A stretch of 63,646 nt of DNA, filler included, from Chrysochromulina tobinii (lineage: Eukaryota): the NCBI GenBank assembly GCA_001275005.1. It is 4 parts of 4 records of this genome, joined end to end, with 100 filler letters (N's around TTAATTAATTAA, not from the genome) between each part and the next. Parts side by side here need not be neighbours in the genome. Positions count along the whole stretch, not along the records: positions 11,719 to 30,302 come from JWZX01000762.1; positions 30,403 to 48,974 come from JWZX01000764.1; 2 more parts are not named here. One strand, written 5' to 3'. The notes under the pieces are model-generated. The model was not told the origin of the DNA, ran no database searches, and was given only the letters and a program-made list of their open reading frames with translations. The position numbers were made by a program, and so were the translations under genes. This document shows, one piece after another, positions 22,996 through 33,700 of the stretch. How positions within the stretch are numbered: position 1 is the first letter of the stretch; each line of letters starts with the position of its first letter.

Positions 22996-23936
22996 GAGCC
23001 ATCGAGACCGTGTCGCGCGAGCTCCTGCGTCGTGGACCTAGATCTGGAAGCACGCGTGCCACATCATCGTCTACATCCGGGCCGCTTACACCCACACGTG
23101 ATGCCTTCGTCGCTGTGGCCATGTTCGGCGCTGTGGCCATCGCTGCTGCAGCCACAAGGCGCATGCGGCATGGCGCCGCGCACCACAGCCGATCCGGAGC
23201 GACGACGTTGCCGCTGTCGATGTCCTGAGGTGCCGCATGAGCCATGGTCTTGAGCAAAGAGATTCGGTCTTGCAACTGCTCCATCTCTTCGAGTGCCGCC
23301 TGCAGCTCCTTCGAGTGTTCCATTTGCCGAGCCAGTTCCGACCGTGCGGCCCTTGGCACTTCCGACGAGATGGTGAAGCTATTCGACGGCGAACAGACTT
23401 CACTCCCATCGCTGTCGCTGAGCTGAATTGGCGTCGTGCTCCACGCCACCGTGCTGTCGCTTTTGCCATTCTGCCCGACCCTTGACTCTTGCCCGAATCT
23501 GAGATGACTCTCGGGACGCGGTGAAGTACGTGTCCACGCTGAACGAGGGCTTCGCGGTGAACGAGGGCTTGCGCCGCCGAGAGAGCTGCTCGAGACGCTC
23601 GAGCTGCTCGCTGCCCGCTTCAACTCATACTGTTCCTTTCGTAGTAGATCAGTAAAGATCATCGCTGCGTGTGCCGTGCCTCGCTCGATGATCCTCGGAG
23701 CACGGCTCATGGTGGAGACGACGAACGAGTCCACATGAGGCGGCCCTCCCGCTTGCATTCCAAAGCGGCGAGCGGCGAGGGGTCGCAGACGCGGTGCGGG
23801 TACGGGGCCAGCAGCTGGCCGGCAGCATGAGTTTCGGGAAGATGAATTTCTTCCGGGATTCTCGGATATAGATTCGTCTGAGTGCGTCGCACGCGCACTC
23901 ATTGAGTGCCGGGATTCTCGGATAGATTCGTTTCGG
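22996..23936 (-). repeat. Inverted partial duplicate of 16426-17329 (truncated gene copy)
   Basis: Near-identical translation (MQAGGPP...TMSRAPRIIERGTAHAAMIF...LGPRRRSSR.TVSMA) plus homologous upstream sequence. Confidence 0.92.
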
Positions 23937-24312
23937 GAGCGTACCACCGTCGGCCCTTTTTGATGAAGTGATCGCCGTTAAAGTTGAATGCCGTCGGCCC
24001 TTTATAGAAAAAGGGCCGACGAACGGCCGTGCATCAAAAGGCGCTAGGACTGCTTTTGCAGCTTTTCCTGCGCGCGCGCTCCTTCTACTATTCTGAGAGC
24101 TTGAGAGGCGGGCCTTCTCCGCGGCTGCCGTCCCGCGCGAACAACACAAGTACTGCGAGCGAGCCCGCCCCTGATTAGTCATTGATTGAATTATTGAGAC
24201 ACAGACACACCGTAGTATAATACGGGGTACAGGTCGAGATATCTACTGAGGCTCATAGGATATCGATATCCCATAGCAGCACACGCAGCGAGCTCGTCGT
24301 ACAGTAGTACAG

Positions 24313-24363
24313 ACTCACTCACTCACTCACTCACTCACTCACTCACTCACTCACTCACTCACT
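24313..24363. repeat. (ACTC)n microsatellite
   Basis: About 12 perfect ACTC units. Confidence 0.97.
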
Positions 24364-25103
24364 AGGGGGCATGGTTGCTCACGCTATGCGCATGCGACCA
24401 CTGGCTTGAAGTTAGCGAGGGATGCGTTGGCCGTCGCTAAATGTAACAGTAAGAGTGGAATGGTCGGCACGAGGGTCGTACCACTCAGAGCCGGTCTCGG
24501 CCTACGCGTAAACGACGAACGCAACGACGAACGCAACGACACGAACGCAAGGTCCACACTATAAAGTAAGTATAAAGCGGCGCTCATGCAAGCACGCCCC
24601 CCGCGGGTCATTGGTGACCCAAAATTATCACCCTTGAGCAGGGTCATCAAACTAAGACCCAACTGTGAGTGACCCAAAACTGTTAACGGCGGTCGGCGGC
24701 CACGCCTCTGTGCTCTGACGTGACCTCATTCCCTAGCATTTTCCCACCTCATTCCACAGTGTGGCACCTCTTCGAATGCGTAGTCCTTGGCTACATACTT
24801 GGCGTGGCCTTGCGCTACATTCGCCTACGCTACATCTTCAGAGCCTACAGGAGATCTCTCCCACGCAACCGAAGGCGAAGTACGATCGGCAAAAAGGACA
24901 CAGAAATAAAAGAGAAATTCTTAAGGTTTTTGGTGAAACCAACTGCAAACCCAAACGTCGGTAACGTGTGCGCGACCTTCGGACTTGCGAGACTTGGCAC
25001 TTTGCGTGTTGCGACTAAATCATGGACTAAATTTATATCGTATGAAAGACGTGCATGTTGCCCACAGCCACACCCGCCCCGGCGGCCTTCATACGTGCTC
25101 TGA

Positions 25104-28100
25104 TCACTTACCCAACGAGCTGAGAGCGGGAGCGCCAGTGCCCTTGCCATTGCCCTCGCTCTTGCCCTCGCTCTTGCCCTCGCCCTCGCCCTCGCCTTCG
25201 CCGCGCCGGCGCATGATCCGAATCCGCAGCGAGACGCGATCGAAGTCAGCATCGACCTCGAGTGTATCTCCGTCGCGGTACTCGCCCGCCACCAGCCCAC
25301 GCGCGAGGGGCGTCTCAAGCTCCTTCTGGACCACGCGCTTGAGAGGGCGCGCGCCGTACTCGGGCGAGTAGCCCAGGTCCGCAAGCACGCCGAGCGCTGC
25401 GTCGGTCACTTGCAACGTCACCTCCCTTGCAGCGAGCCGCTTCTGCACGCCGCCCAGGGTGAGACGCGCGATCGTCTGCAGTTGCCTTTTTTGGAGCGGC
25501 TGGAAGATGATGAGCTCTCCGAGCCGGTTGAGGAACTCAGGTCGGTATGTCTCTCGCAGCTGGTCGAGCACGCGCAGCCGCACCTCATCCAGCCTCGAGG
25601 GGTCGCCGTTGGCCTCGAGGATCGTACTCGCACCCACATTGGAAGTAAGGATGATGATCGTGTTCCGAAAGTTGACGGTGCGCCCTTGCCCATCGGTCAC
25701 GCGCCCGTCGTCGAGGATCTGGAGCAGGACATTGAACACCTCGGGATGCGCCTTGTCCATCTCATCGAAGAGTACGACCGCGTACGGCCGGCGGCGCACT
25801 GCCTCGGTGAGCTGCCCCCCCTGCTCGTAGCCCACGTAGCCGGGCGGTGCGCCGACCAGCCGAGAGACGCTCTCCTTGGCCATGTACTCGGACATGTCCA
25901 GCCGCACCTGATGAGCGGGCTCATCACGGAGGTCATCAACGCTCATCACGGAGGCCATCAACGCTCATCACGGAGGCCATTGGGCGCAGGCGCTCATCAC
26001 GGAGGTCATCAACGCTCATCACGGAGGTCATCAACGCTCATCACGGAGGCCATTGGGCGCAGGCGCTCATCACGGAGGTCATCAACGCTCGTCGTAGGCC
26101 ATCGGAGGCGCTATCGGCAGTCATCAGAGGTCATCGCTCGCCCTCGGCGCACCATCGCGTCATCGGAATCAAAGAGTTTATTCGCGAGTGCCTTCGCTAG
26201 CTCCGTCTTCCCCACACCCGTTGGCCCGAGGAACAGAAAGGAGGCGAGGGGCTGGCTCGGGTCTGCGAGTCCAGCACGCGAGCGAAGGATCGCATCCGAG
26301 ACAGCATCGACCGCCTCCGACTGGCCCGCCACGCGCGCCCCGAGCGCCTCGGGCAGGTCGAGCAGCTTTTGGGCCTCGGACGCGAGGAGTTTCGTCACTG
26401 GCACCCCCGTCCATTGAGAAACGACCTCGGCCACCTCCTCTTCGCCGACTGTCGTACGCAGCAGCGGCGGCAAATCTGCGGAGTCGATCACCACAACAGC
26501 ACCGGCGGCCGCCGCAGCGGCGGCAGCGGCGGCGGCGGCAGCGGCGGCGGCCGCGCGCCCTAGCGCCTCCTCCTCCGCTAGCCGAAGCCGACGCTGTAGC
26601 TCGGGCAGCTTGGCGTACTTGAGCTCGGCCGCGCGGGAGAGCTCGTACGATTGCTCCGCCTGCTCGATCTCGACGTTGGTCGCCTCGATCTGGGACTTGA
26701 GCTCGCGCACCTGCTCAGGCGGGCTCATCAAGGAGGCCATCAGACGCAATCATACAGGCCATCATCAGGGCTCATCAAGGAGGCAATCAGACGCAATCAT
26801 ACAGGCCATCATCGGGGCCATCAATCAGTTGTACTCCTCGCTGCAATCAGTACATCAATCAGTACATCAATCGGTACTTCAATCAATCATTTGTACTCCT
26901 CGCTCACCGCCTCGAGCCTCGACTTCTCCTCCTCCCACCGCTTCGTCAGCTCCGCCTGCTCCGCCTGCAGCGTGTCCGCCTCGTCCGTGAGTGCGCGCAG
27001 CCGGCCGGCGGCGCGTGCGTCGGTCAATGCGTCTTGCTTGAGCGAGATCATCTCCATCTGCACCTGCAGCAGCCGCCGGCTGACCTCATCCAGCCGTTGG
27101 GGGCGCGACGTGGCATCGATGCGCAGCTTGGCCGCCGCTTCGTCGATGAGGTCGATGGCCTTATCGGGCAAGAAGCGATCGGCGATGTAACGATCCGAGA
27201 GCACGGCCGCTGCCACGAGGGCGGCATCCGAGATGGAGACGCCGTGGTGAAGCTCATAGCGCTCCTTGAGGCCGCGGAGGATCGCCGTGGTCGCTTCCAC
27301 AGAGGGGGGCTCCACGTAGACCTGTGGGGAGGGGGGGAGGGCGTCGTGGTGAGCACTTGCATGCAAGGTAGCTCATCAGTGGCAATCAGAGGGGGGCTCC
27401 ACGTAGACCTGCTGGAAGCGACGCTCGAGCGCAGCGTCCTTTTCGATGTACTCGCGGTACTCATCGAGGGTCGTCGCTCCGATGCATGCGAGATCTCCGC
27501 GAGCGAGCGCCGGCTTGAGCAGATTCGACGCGTCCATCGCGCCGTTGCCGCCGCCCGCACCAACGACGGTGTGGATCTCGTCAATGAAGAGTACCACCTC
27601 GCCGTCGGCCATGGTGACTTCATCAATGACCGCCTTGAGACGCTCTTCGAATTCGCCCCTATACTTGGCACCCGCGAGGAGGGAGCCCATGTCGAGAGCG
27701 AGTAACCGCCGGTCGCGGAGCGTCTCGGGCACGTCGCCACTCGCGATGCGCTGCGCAAGGCCCTCGGCGATCGCAGTCTTGCCTACGCCAGGCTCCCCGA
27801 TTAGGATCGGATTGCTCTTCGTGCGGCGCGAGAGTACCGTCATCGCGCGCCGTACCTCGTCGTCACGCCCGATGACAGGATCGAGCTTCCCTTCGCGCGC
27901 GAGCTTCGTCAGGTCGCGAGAGTACTTGGCGAGCGCCTCGTACGATCCCTCGGGCGTGCGCGACGTAATGCGCCGGTTGCCACGTACCTGTGCGGAGGAG
28001 AGGGCGCCGTGCTGAGCACTTGCATGCAAGCCGCGCCCAGGGGTCGGTGGCCATGTACCTGGTCGATGGCGGCACGTAACGTCATCGTCTCGAGAGCGGC

Positions 28101-28736
28101 GCCGCCCTTGCCCATTACGGCGCTTCCGCAGCGCTCGTCGTTGAGAAGGGCGAGGAGCGCGTGCTCGGCGGCGAGGTACTCGTCCGTCAGCAGCGTGCGC
28201 TGAGCCTCCATCTTTGGCAGCAGCGATGCGAGAGAGCCGCCGATGACGAGGTTGCCGCCATTGTCGGAGCTGCCGTACACCTTGGGCTGCCGCAGGGCGT
28301 ATGCCTCGAAGGCGTTCCGGATGCTCGTGGGCGAAGCGCCGGCGGCCAGGAGCACGCGTGACGCCATGCCCTTGTCGTCCTCGAGCAGCGCGAGCGCGAG
28401 GTGCTCCACCTCGGCCACTCGCTGGCTTAGCCGCTGGCACGTGGGCGGGATGCGCTGCAGCGCCTTGACGCCAGCCTCGGTCCACTTCTCCGGGTCGAGG
28501 AGCTCGGCCGGGTTGCTGTTCACTGATGCCATCCTCGCGGCGCGGGAGCGCCGCGCCGCGCCGAGGTCGCGCAGCGCTGCCACCGAGGCAGCTGGCACCG
28601 CCATGGCCGGCGTCCGTTGCTGTTGCACTGGACGTGGCGCGAGCGGTGGGCGCACGACGAAGGTGGGCGTGGTCGGCAAGTAAGCGATACACAACGCAGC
28701 GTGGAGCACGTGCAGCATCGGACGGAGGAACGTCAT
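25104..28736 (-). CDS. clpB: ClpB/Hsp100 chaperone, probably plastid-targeted; exons 28736-28059, 27987-27409, 27321-26908, 26710-26153, 25907-25104
   Basis: [44 protein letters not shown], coiled-coil middle domain, [31 protein letters not shown]. Four GT-AG introns restore the frame. Hydrophobic then Arg/Ala-rich N-terminal extension. Confidence 0.95.
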
Positions 28737-28997
28737 GCGCTCGGAGCGAGGAATGTCTGGAACGCGAAAGTGCCAAGAAAAGGGCGCTCGTGACTTTCAA
28801 TTTCAAAGCGGTCCCCAGCGCTCCGACACCACGCCTCGAGGACGGCTCCGCACCCCTCGGTCAACACAAGTACAGAGTACTCGCTCGCTCGAGCTACTCA
28901 ATTTCGCAATAAGCTTGTGGTCGGTCTCGATTCGGCAAAGGAGGAAAGGCTGGAATTGTCTGCATTGCGGCGCCTTCGAAACGCGTTAGATGGCCGG

Positions 28998-29939
28998 TCA
29001 TCCCCTATTCACACCCTTTTCCTCAAGGCAAACCCTGTACAGCACCAAGCTTTCCCATATGCCCAGCAGCCACCACGACGCTCGGAGGGGCAACCACTGC
29101 GAATCGTTCACGCGACGGATCGTCTCTGCAGGAATAGGCTCTCGACGGGCGGTAAGGCCGCGCGCGGCACACTTTTGTTCAAAGTAACGCAGTGAAAGAT
29201 AATCCTTATATTCCGCCTTGAGTGCGTTGCTAGGCGGCATCCCGCCGCCGCTGCTGTCAGCATTGTAAGGTACTTCGGCGGGCCCTCGCGCGACGCAGAG
29301 CAGGTATACCTCGAGATTCGGTGCGGAACGAAGGAGCTCGGAGAGAGTCGACACGAGCCCTTCGCCCTCGCCGTGCCAATGATCGTCGGTGCCGCCATAG
29401 TAGACGAGGTCTGAGCCGACCACGTGCGTCAACTTACTGGCTGCGGCAGCAGGCACAGGAAGCGCTTTGGCGGAGGCCGCCCCGAGAGCAGCGTCCCACT
29501 TGTGGATGGACAGGTACGGCGAATCGCTCATCCCATTCAATTCTGCATTTGATCGAAGGATGTTCAGCACCTCGTCATCAAAATCTGTCGCGATTATGCG
29601 GCGCGCGATGCCATCCTCGTCACTGTTTGCGCACGCCAGGCCGAGGGCCGTCGTGCCGATCCCGGACCCGATTTCGAGTACCACCGCCTGTGGCGGCAGA
29701 TGGTCCAAGCACCATTGCAGCAGCACGCGTCCCGCAGGCCAGTCGATGGCGCCGATCGGAGGTGGACGCGTCCGTGCTTCGATTTGGAAGACGAGTGGCT
29801 TTGCAAGGCTGGGGCTCTTCACGAAATGCTTCGAAAGCTCCCACTGGCGCAGGCCAAGGCTCTCGTCCAGGAGCCACACTGAGCACAGTGCACCCCCCGC
29901 GGCGATCAGCTGCGGCCTGCGCGCAACAAGACCGAGCAT
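28998..29939 (-). CDS. Methyltransf_16 (METTL21-like) protein lysine methyltransferase
   Basis: WPAGRVL, VLEIGSGIG, IIATD, WD and GSDLVY motifs. Confidence 0.82.
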   Translation of the reverse strand: MLGLVARRPQLIAAGGALCSVWLLDESLGLRQWELSKHFVKSPSLAKPLVFQIEARTRPPPIGAIDWPAGRVLLQWCLDHLPPQAVVLEIGSGIGTTALGLACANSDEDGIARRIIATDFDDEVLNILRSNAELNGMSDSPYLSIHKWDAALGAASAKALPVPAAAASKLTHVVGSDLVYYGGTDDHWHGEGEGLVSTLSELLRSAPNLEVYLLCVARGPAEVPYNADSSGGGMPPSNALKAEYKDYLSLRYFEQKCAARGLTARREPIPAETIRRVNDSQWLPLRASWWLLGIWESLVLYRVCLEEKGVNRG

Positions 29940-30184
29940 TACAATCGTAGACGAAGTCTGTCTTTGTCAATGATCAACCCTTATTCAGTCAAGTCAAGTC
30001 AACCCTTATTCAGCCTTTATTTGTTTTGGATCTAAGTTTGAAGTTCGTTCCGCCAGTCAGTCAGTCGGTCAGTTTCGTCACGGTCCCCCCGCGCTCGCCA
30101 CACCTCGGCCTCGGCTCCAAATAGCTTGGAAAGGGGTGGGGGGGCTGCGGGGGGGTTTGTTATCGAGTTTGGGGGGGTTTGTTA

Positions 30185-30285
30185 TCAGGATACGTATCCT
30201 GATGTATCGTGATATATCCTGCGTGTATCCTGAAGGATACATGTATCCCTCATGTATCCTGATGTATCTCAAATGTATCTTAAAT
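30185..30285. repeat. GTATCCTGAT / GATAC-GTATC palindromic repeat cluster at contig end
   Basis: Repeated GTATCCT units and the palindromes GATACGTATC and GATACATGTATC. Confidence 0.7.
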
Positions 30286-30302
30286 GCCCTGTTACATTCC
30301 AA

Positions 30303-30402
30303 NNNNNNNNNNNNNNNNNNNNNNNNNNNNNNNNNNNNNNNNNNNNTTAATTAATTAANNNNNNNNNNNNNNNNNNNNNNNNNNNNNNNNNNNNNNNNNN
30401 NN
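30303..30402. other. Artificial contig spacer
   Basis: 100-nt N block with TTAATTAATTAA. Confidence 0.97.
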
Positions 30403-30403
30403 C

Positions 30404-30487
30404 CTCGTCTCCGAGTACCAGCAGTACCAGGACGCGTCCGCCGAGGAGGAGGGCGAGTTCGAGGAGGAGGGCGGCGAGGAGTACTAA
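30404..30487 (+). CDS. TUBB: Beta-tubulin, 3' terminal fragment cut by the contig edge
   Basis: Manual translation LVSEYQQYQDASAEEEGEFEEEGGEEY* matches the beta-tubulin C-terminal signature. Not in the ORF track. Confidence 0.92.
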   Translation, partial: LVSEYQQYQDASAEEEGEFEEEGGEEY

Positions 30488-30712
30488 GCGTGCTCCCGGT
30501 CCGTCTCCGAAGGGGCGCCGGCCGCTCGCCGCACTTTCCAAGCAGCGGCGCAGCCTGCGGCAACCTCGTGCTATCTGAGAGGAAGCGTGATTCGATTCCG
30601 TGGCAGGGGGTGGGGGTCATCGTGAGTTGGGAATAAAGGGGTTTATGGGGAGAAAAATCGGGAGAATAACCTTTTGCGGAGGCACAGCCACGGGCACGGG
30701 TATCCGGAAGAG

Positions 30713-33700
30713 ATGAAGTTACCCATGAGAGAGTTGCTCGTTGCCGCCGCCCTGCTGGGCGCGTGCGCCGAGAGCGCAAACTCACTCGACCAGCACGCCG
30801 CCCCGACGCATGCACGCCGACTGCTGTTCGCCGGTCTGCACTCGGGCATGCCGTCGTCGCCGCCTCGAGAGCATCTTGCACCTCCGCAGCAACCGCCGGC
30901 GTCGCCGCCTTCGTCGCCGCCGTCGCCCTCGCCGTTCTCGCCGCCCTTGCCGCCAGCTCAGCCGCCAAGACCAGCGCAGCCTGGCTGGCACGTCGAGCAC
31001 CAGGGCCGCAGACGTTACCCTCCCCCACGGGACTATGCACAGGATCTTGAGCCGGACGGCCAGCCAACGGCGTTCGCACCCCCCAACTGCTTGGCACCAG
31101 GGCGGGTGGGCTGCCTTGCGATGCCGAAGCCGGCCCGTGCCAAGCCTGCAGCAGGCATTCGAGCTGCGCTCTTGCCACCTACTTGCTCCTTGTCCTCCGA
31201 GCCGGGGTGCCTGCGCCTCCCCAAGCCTTTGGCGAGGACGGGGAACGAGCCGCTCGATAGTGGCGGACTTGTACTAAGTTTCAGGGATAACGGCGCAGCG
31301 ATGCTGACCGGCGACAGCGCGTCCACGAGCTCGATCGCAGCGGCGGACGTGGACGGCGACGGCGATCTCGACGTGCTGCTCGGCAACAATGGCGGTCCGA
31401 GCCGAGTGCTGCTCAACGCGGGCGACGGCACCTTCCCGATGAGCATCGAGCTGCCCGGCGGCAGCGCGTACACGAGCTCGATCGCGGCGGCGGACGTGGA
31501 CGGCGACGGCGACCTCGACGTGCTGCTAGGCAACAATGGTAGTCCGAGCCGTGTGTTGCTCAACGCGGGCGACGGCACCTTCCCGACGAGCATCGAGCTG
31601 CCCGTCGGCAGCGCGAACACGCGCTCGATCGCGGCGGCGGACGTGGACGGCGACGGCGACCTCGACGTGCTGCTTGGCAACTATGGCGGTCCGAGCCGTG
31701 GCAACAATGGCGGTCCGAGCCTTGTGTTGCTCAACGCGGGCGACGGCACCTTCCCGACGAGCATCGAGCTGCCCGGCGGCAGCGCGTACACGACCTCGAT
31801 CGCGGCGGCGGACGTGGACGGCGACGGCGACCTCGACGTGCTGCTTGGCAACTATGGTAGTCTGAGCCTTGTGTTGCTCAACGCAGGCGACGGCACCTTC
31901 CCGAAGAGCATCGAGCTGCCCGGCGGCAGCAGCGCGTCCACGAGCTCGATCGCAGCGGCGGGCACGCAATCGATCGCGGCGGCGGACGTGGACGGCGACG
32001 GCGACCTCGACGTGCTGCTTGGCAACAATGGTAGTCCGAGCCGTGTGTTGCTCAACGCGGGCGACGGCACCTTCCCGACGAGCATCGAGCTGCCCGGCGG
32101 CAGCGAGCACACGGTTTCTGTCGCAGCGGCGGACGTGGACGGCGACGGCGACCTCGACGTGCTGCTTGGCGACAGTGGCAGTCCGAGCCGAGTGCTCCTC
32201 AACGTGGCCAACACGGGCGACGGCACCTTCCCGACGAGCATGGAGCTGCCCGGCGGCAGCGTGAGAACGTACTCGATCGCGGCGGCGGACGTGGACGGCG
32301 ACGGCGACCTCGACGTGCTGCTTGGCAACTATTATGGCACACCAAGCCGTGCGTTGCTCAACGCGGGCGACGGCACCTTCCCGATGAGCATCGAGCTGCC
32401 CGGCGGCAGCTCGGACACGACCTCGATCGCGGCGGCGGACTTGGACGGCGACGGCGACCTCGACGTCCTGCTTAGCAACTTTGGCGGTCCGAGCCGAGTG
32501 CTGCTCAACGCGGGCGACGGCACCTTCCCGACGATCATCGAGCTGCCCGGCGGCAGCGCGGGCACGAGCTCGATCGCGGCGGCGGACGTGGACGGCGACG
32601 GCGACCTCGACGTGCTGCTTGGCAACTATAACAGTCCCAGCCAAGTGCTGCTCAACGCGGGCGACGGCACCTTCCCGACGAGCATCGGGCTACCCGGCGG
32701 CAGCGCGCACACGGATTCTGTCGCAGCGGCGGACGTGGACGGCGACGGCGACCTCGACGTCCTGCTTGGGATCTTTCTTTTCAGTCCCAGCCGAGTGCTG
32801 CTCAACGCGGGCGACGGCACCTTCCCGACGAGCATCGAGCTGCCCGGCGGCAGCGCGTCCACAAGCTCGATCGCGGCGGCGGACGTGGACGGCGACGGTG
32901 ATCTCGACGTGCTGCTTGGCAACTATGGCGGTCCGAGCCGTGTGTTGCTCAACGCGGGCGACGGCACCTTCCCGACGAGCATCGAGCTGCCCGGCGGCAG
33001 CGCGTACACGAGCTCGATCGCGGCGGCGGACGTGGACGGCGACGGCGACCTCGACGTGCTGCTTAGCAACCATCTTAGTCCGAGCCGTGTGTTGCTCAAC
33101 GCGGGCGACGGCACCTTCCCGACGAGCATCGAGCTGCCCGGCGGCAGCGCGGACACGCACTCGATCGCGGCGGCGGACGTGGACGGCGACGGCGATCTCG
33201 ACGTGCTGCTCGGAAACGAAGACACTCCCAGCCGCCTGCTGCCCTTTATCAGATGCTCTCAGCCTGGCACTGCACGCAGCCGCTTCGGCAACGGATGTGT
33301 CCGCTGCCCCGCTCCCTCCTCACGCCGCGACGACAGTTTTGATATCTGCTACGAGTGCGAAGAGCACACGGAGCTCGACTACCGCGGCGAATGCTCCTCC
33401 TGCAAGCCGGGCAACGAGCGCTCTGTGGGAGCCGCCGAGTGCACTGCCTGCCCGCGCGGCAAGCGCCAAGGTAAGGCTGGCACACTCTGTGTCGACTGCT
33501 CCCCGGGCTCGTACGCTCCGTACGGCGGCCTCTTTGGCCCCAGTTGCTTGCCTTGCGAGCGGGGCAGCTTCTGCCCGCCAGGCGCCACGGTACAGCTGCC
33601 GTGCCGCGAGGGCAACTACTCAAGCGCGACCAACCTCGCGCGCGATGAGCAGTGCTCACACGCTGCGCTGCACCTACCCGCGCCGCCGGCACCACCTGCT

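Noticed and set aside
31310..33240. CRISPR-like regular repeats
   Set aside because: In-frame coding FG-GAP repeats without unique spacers; no cas genes; eukaryotic context.
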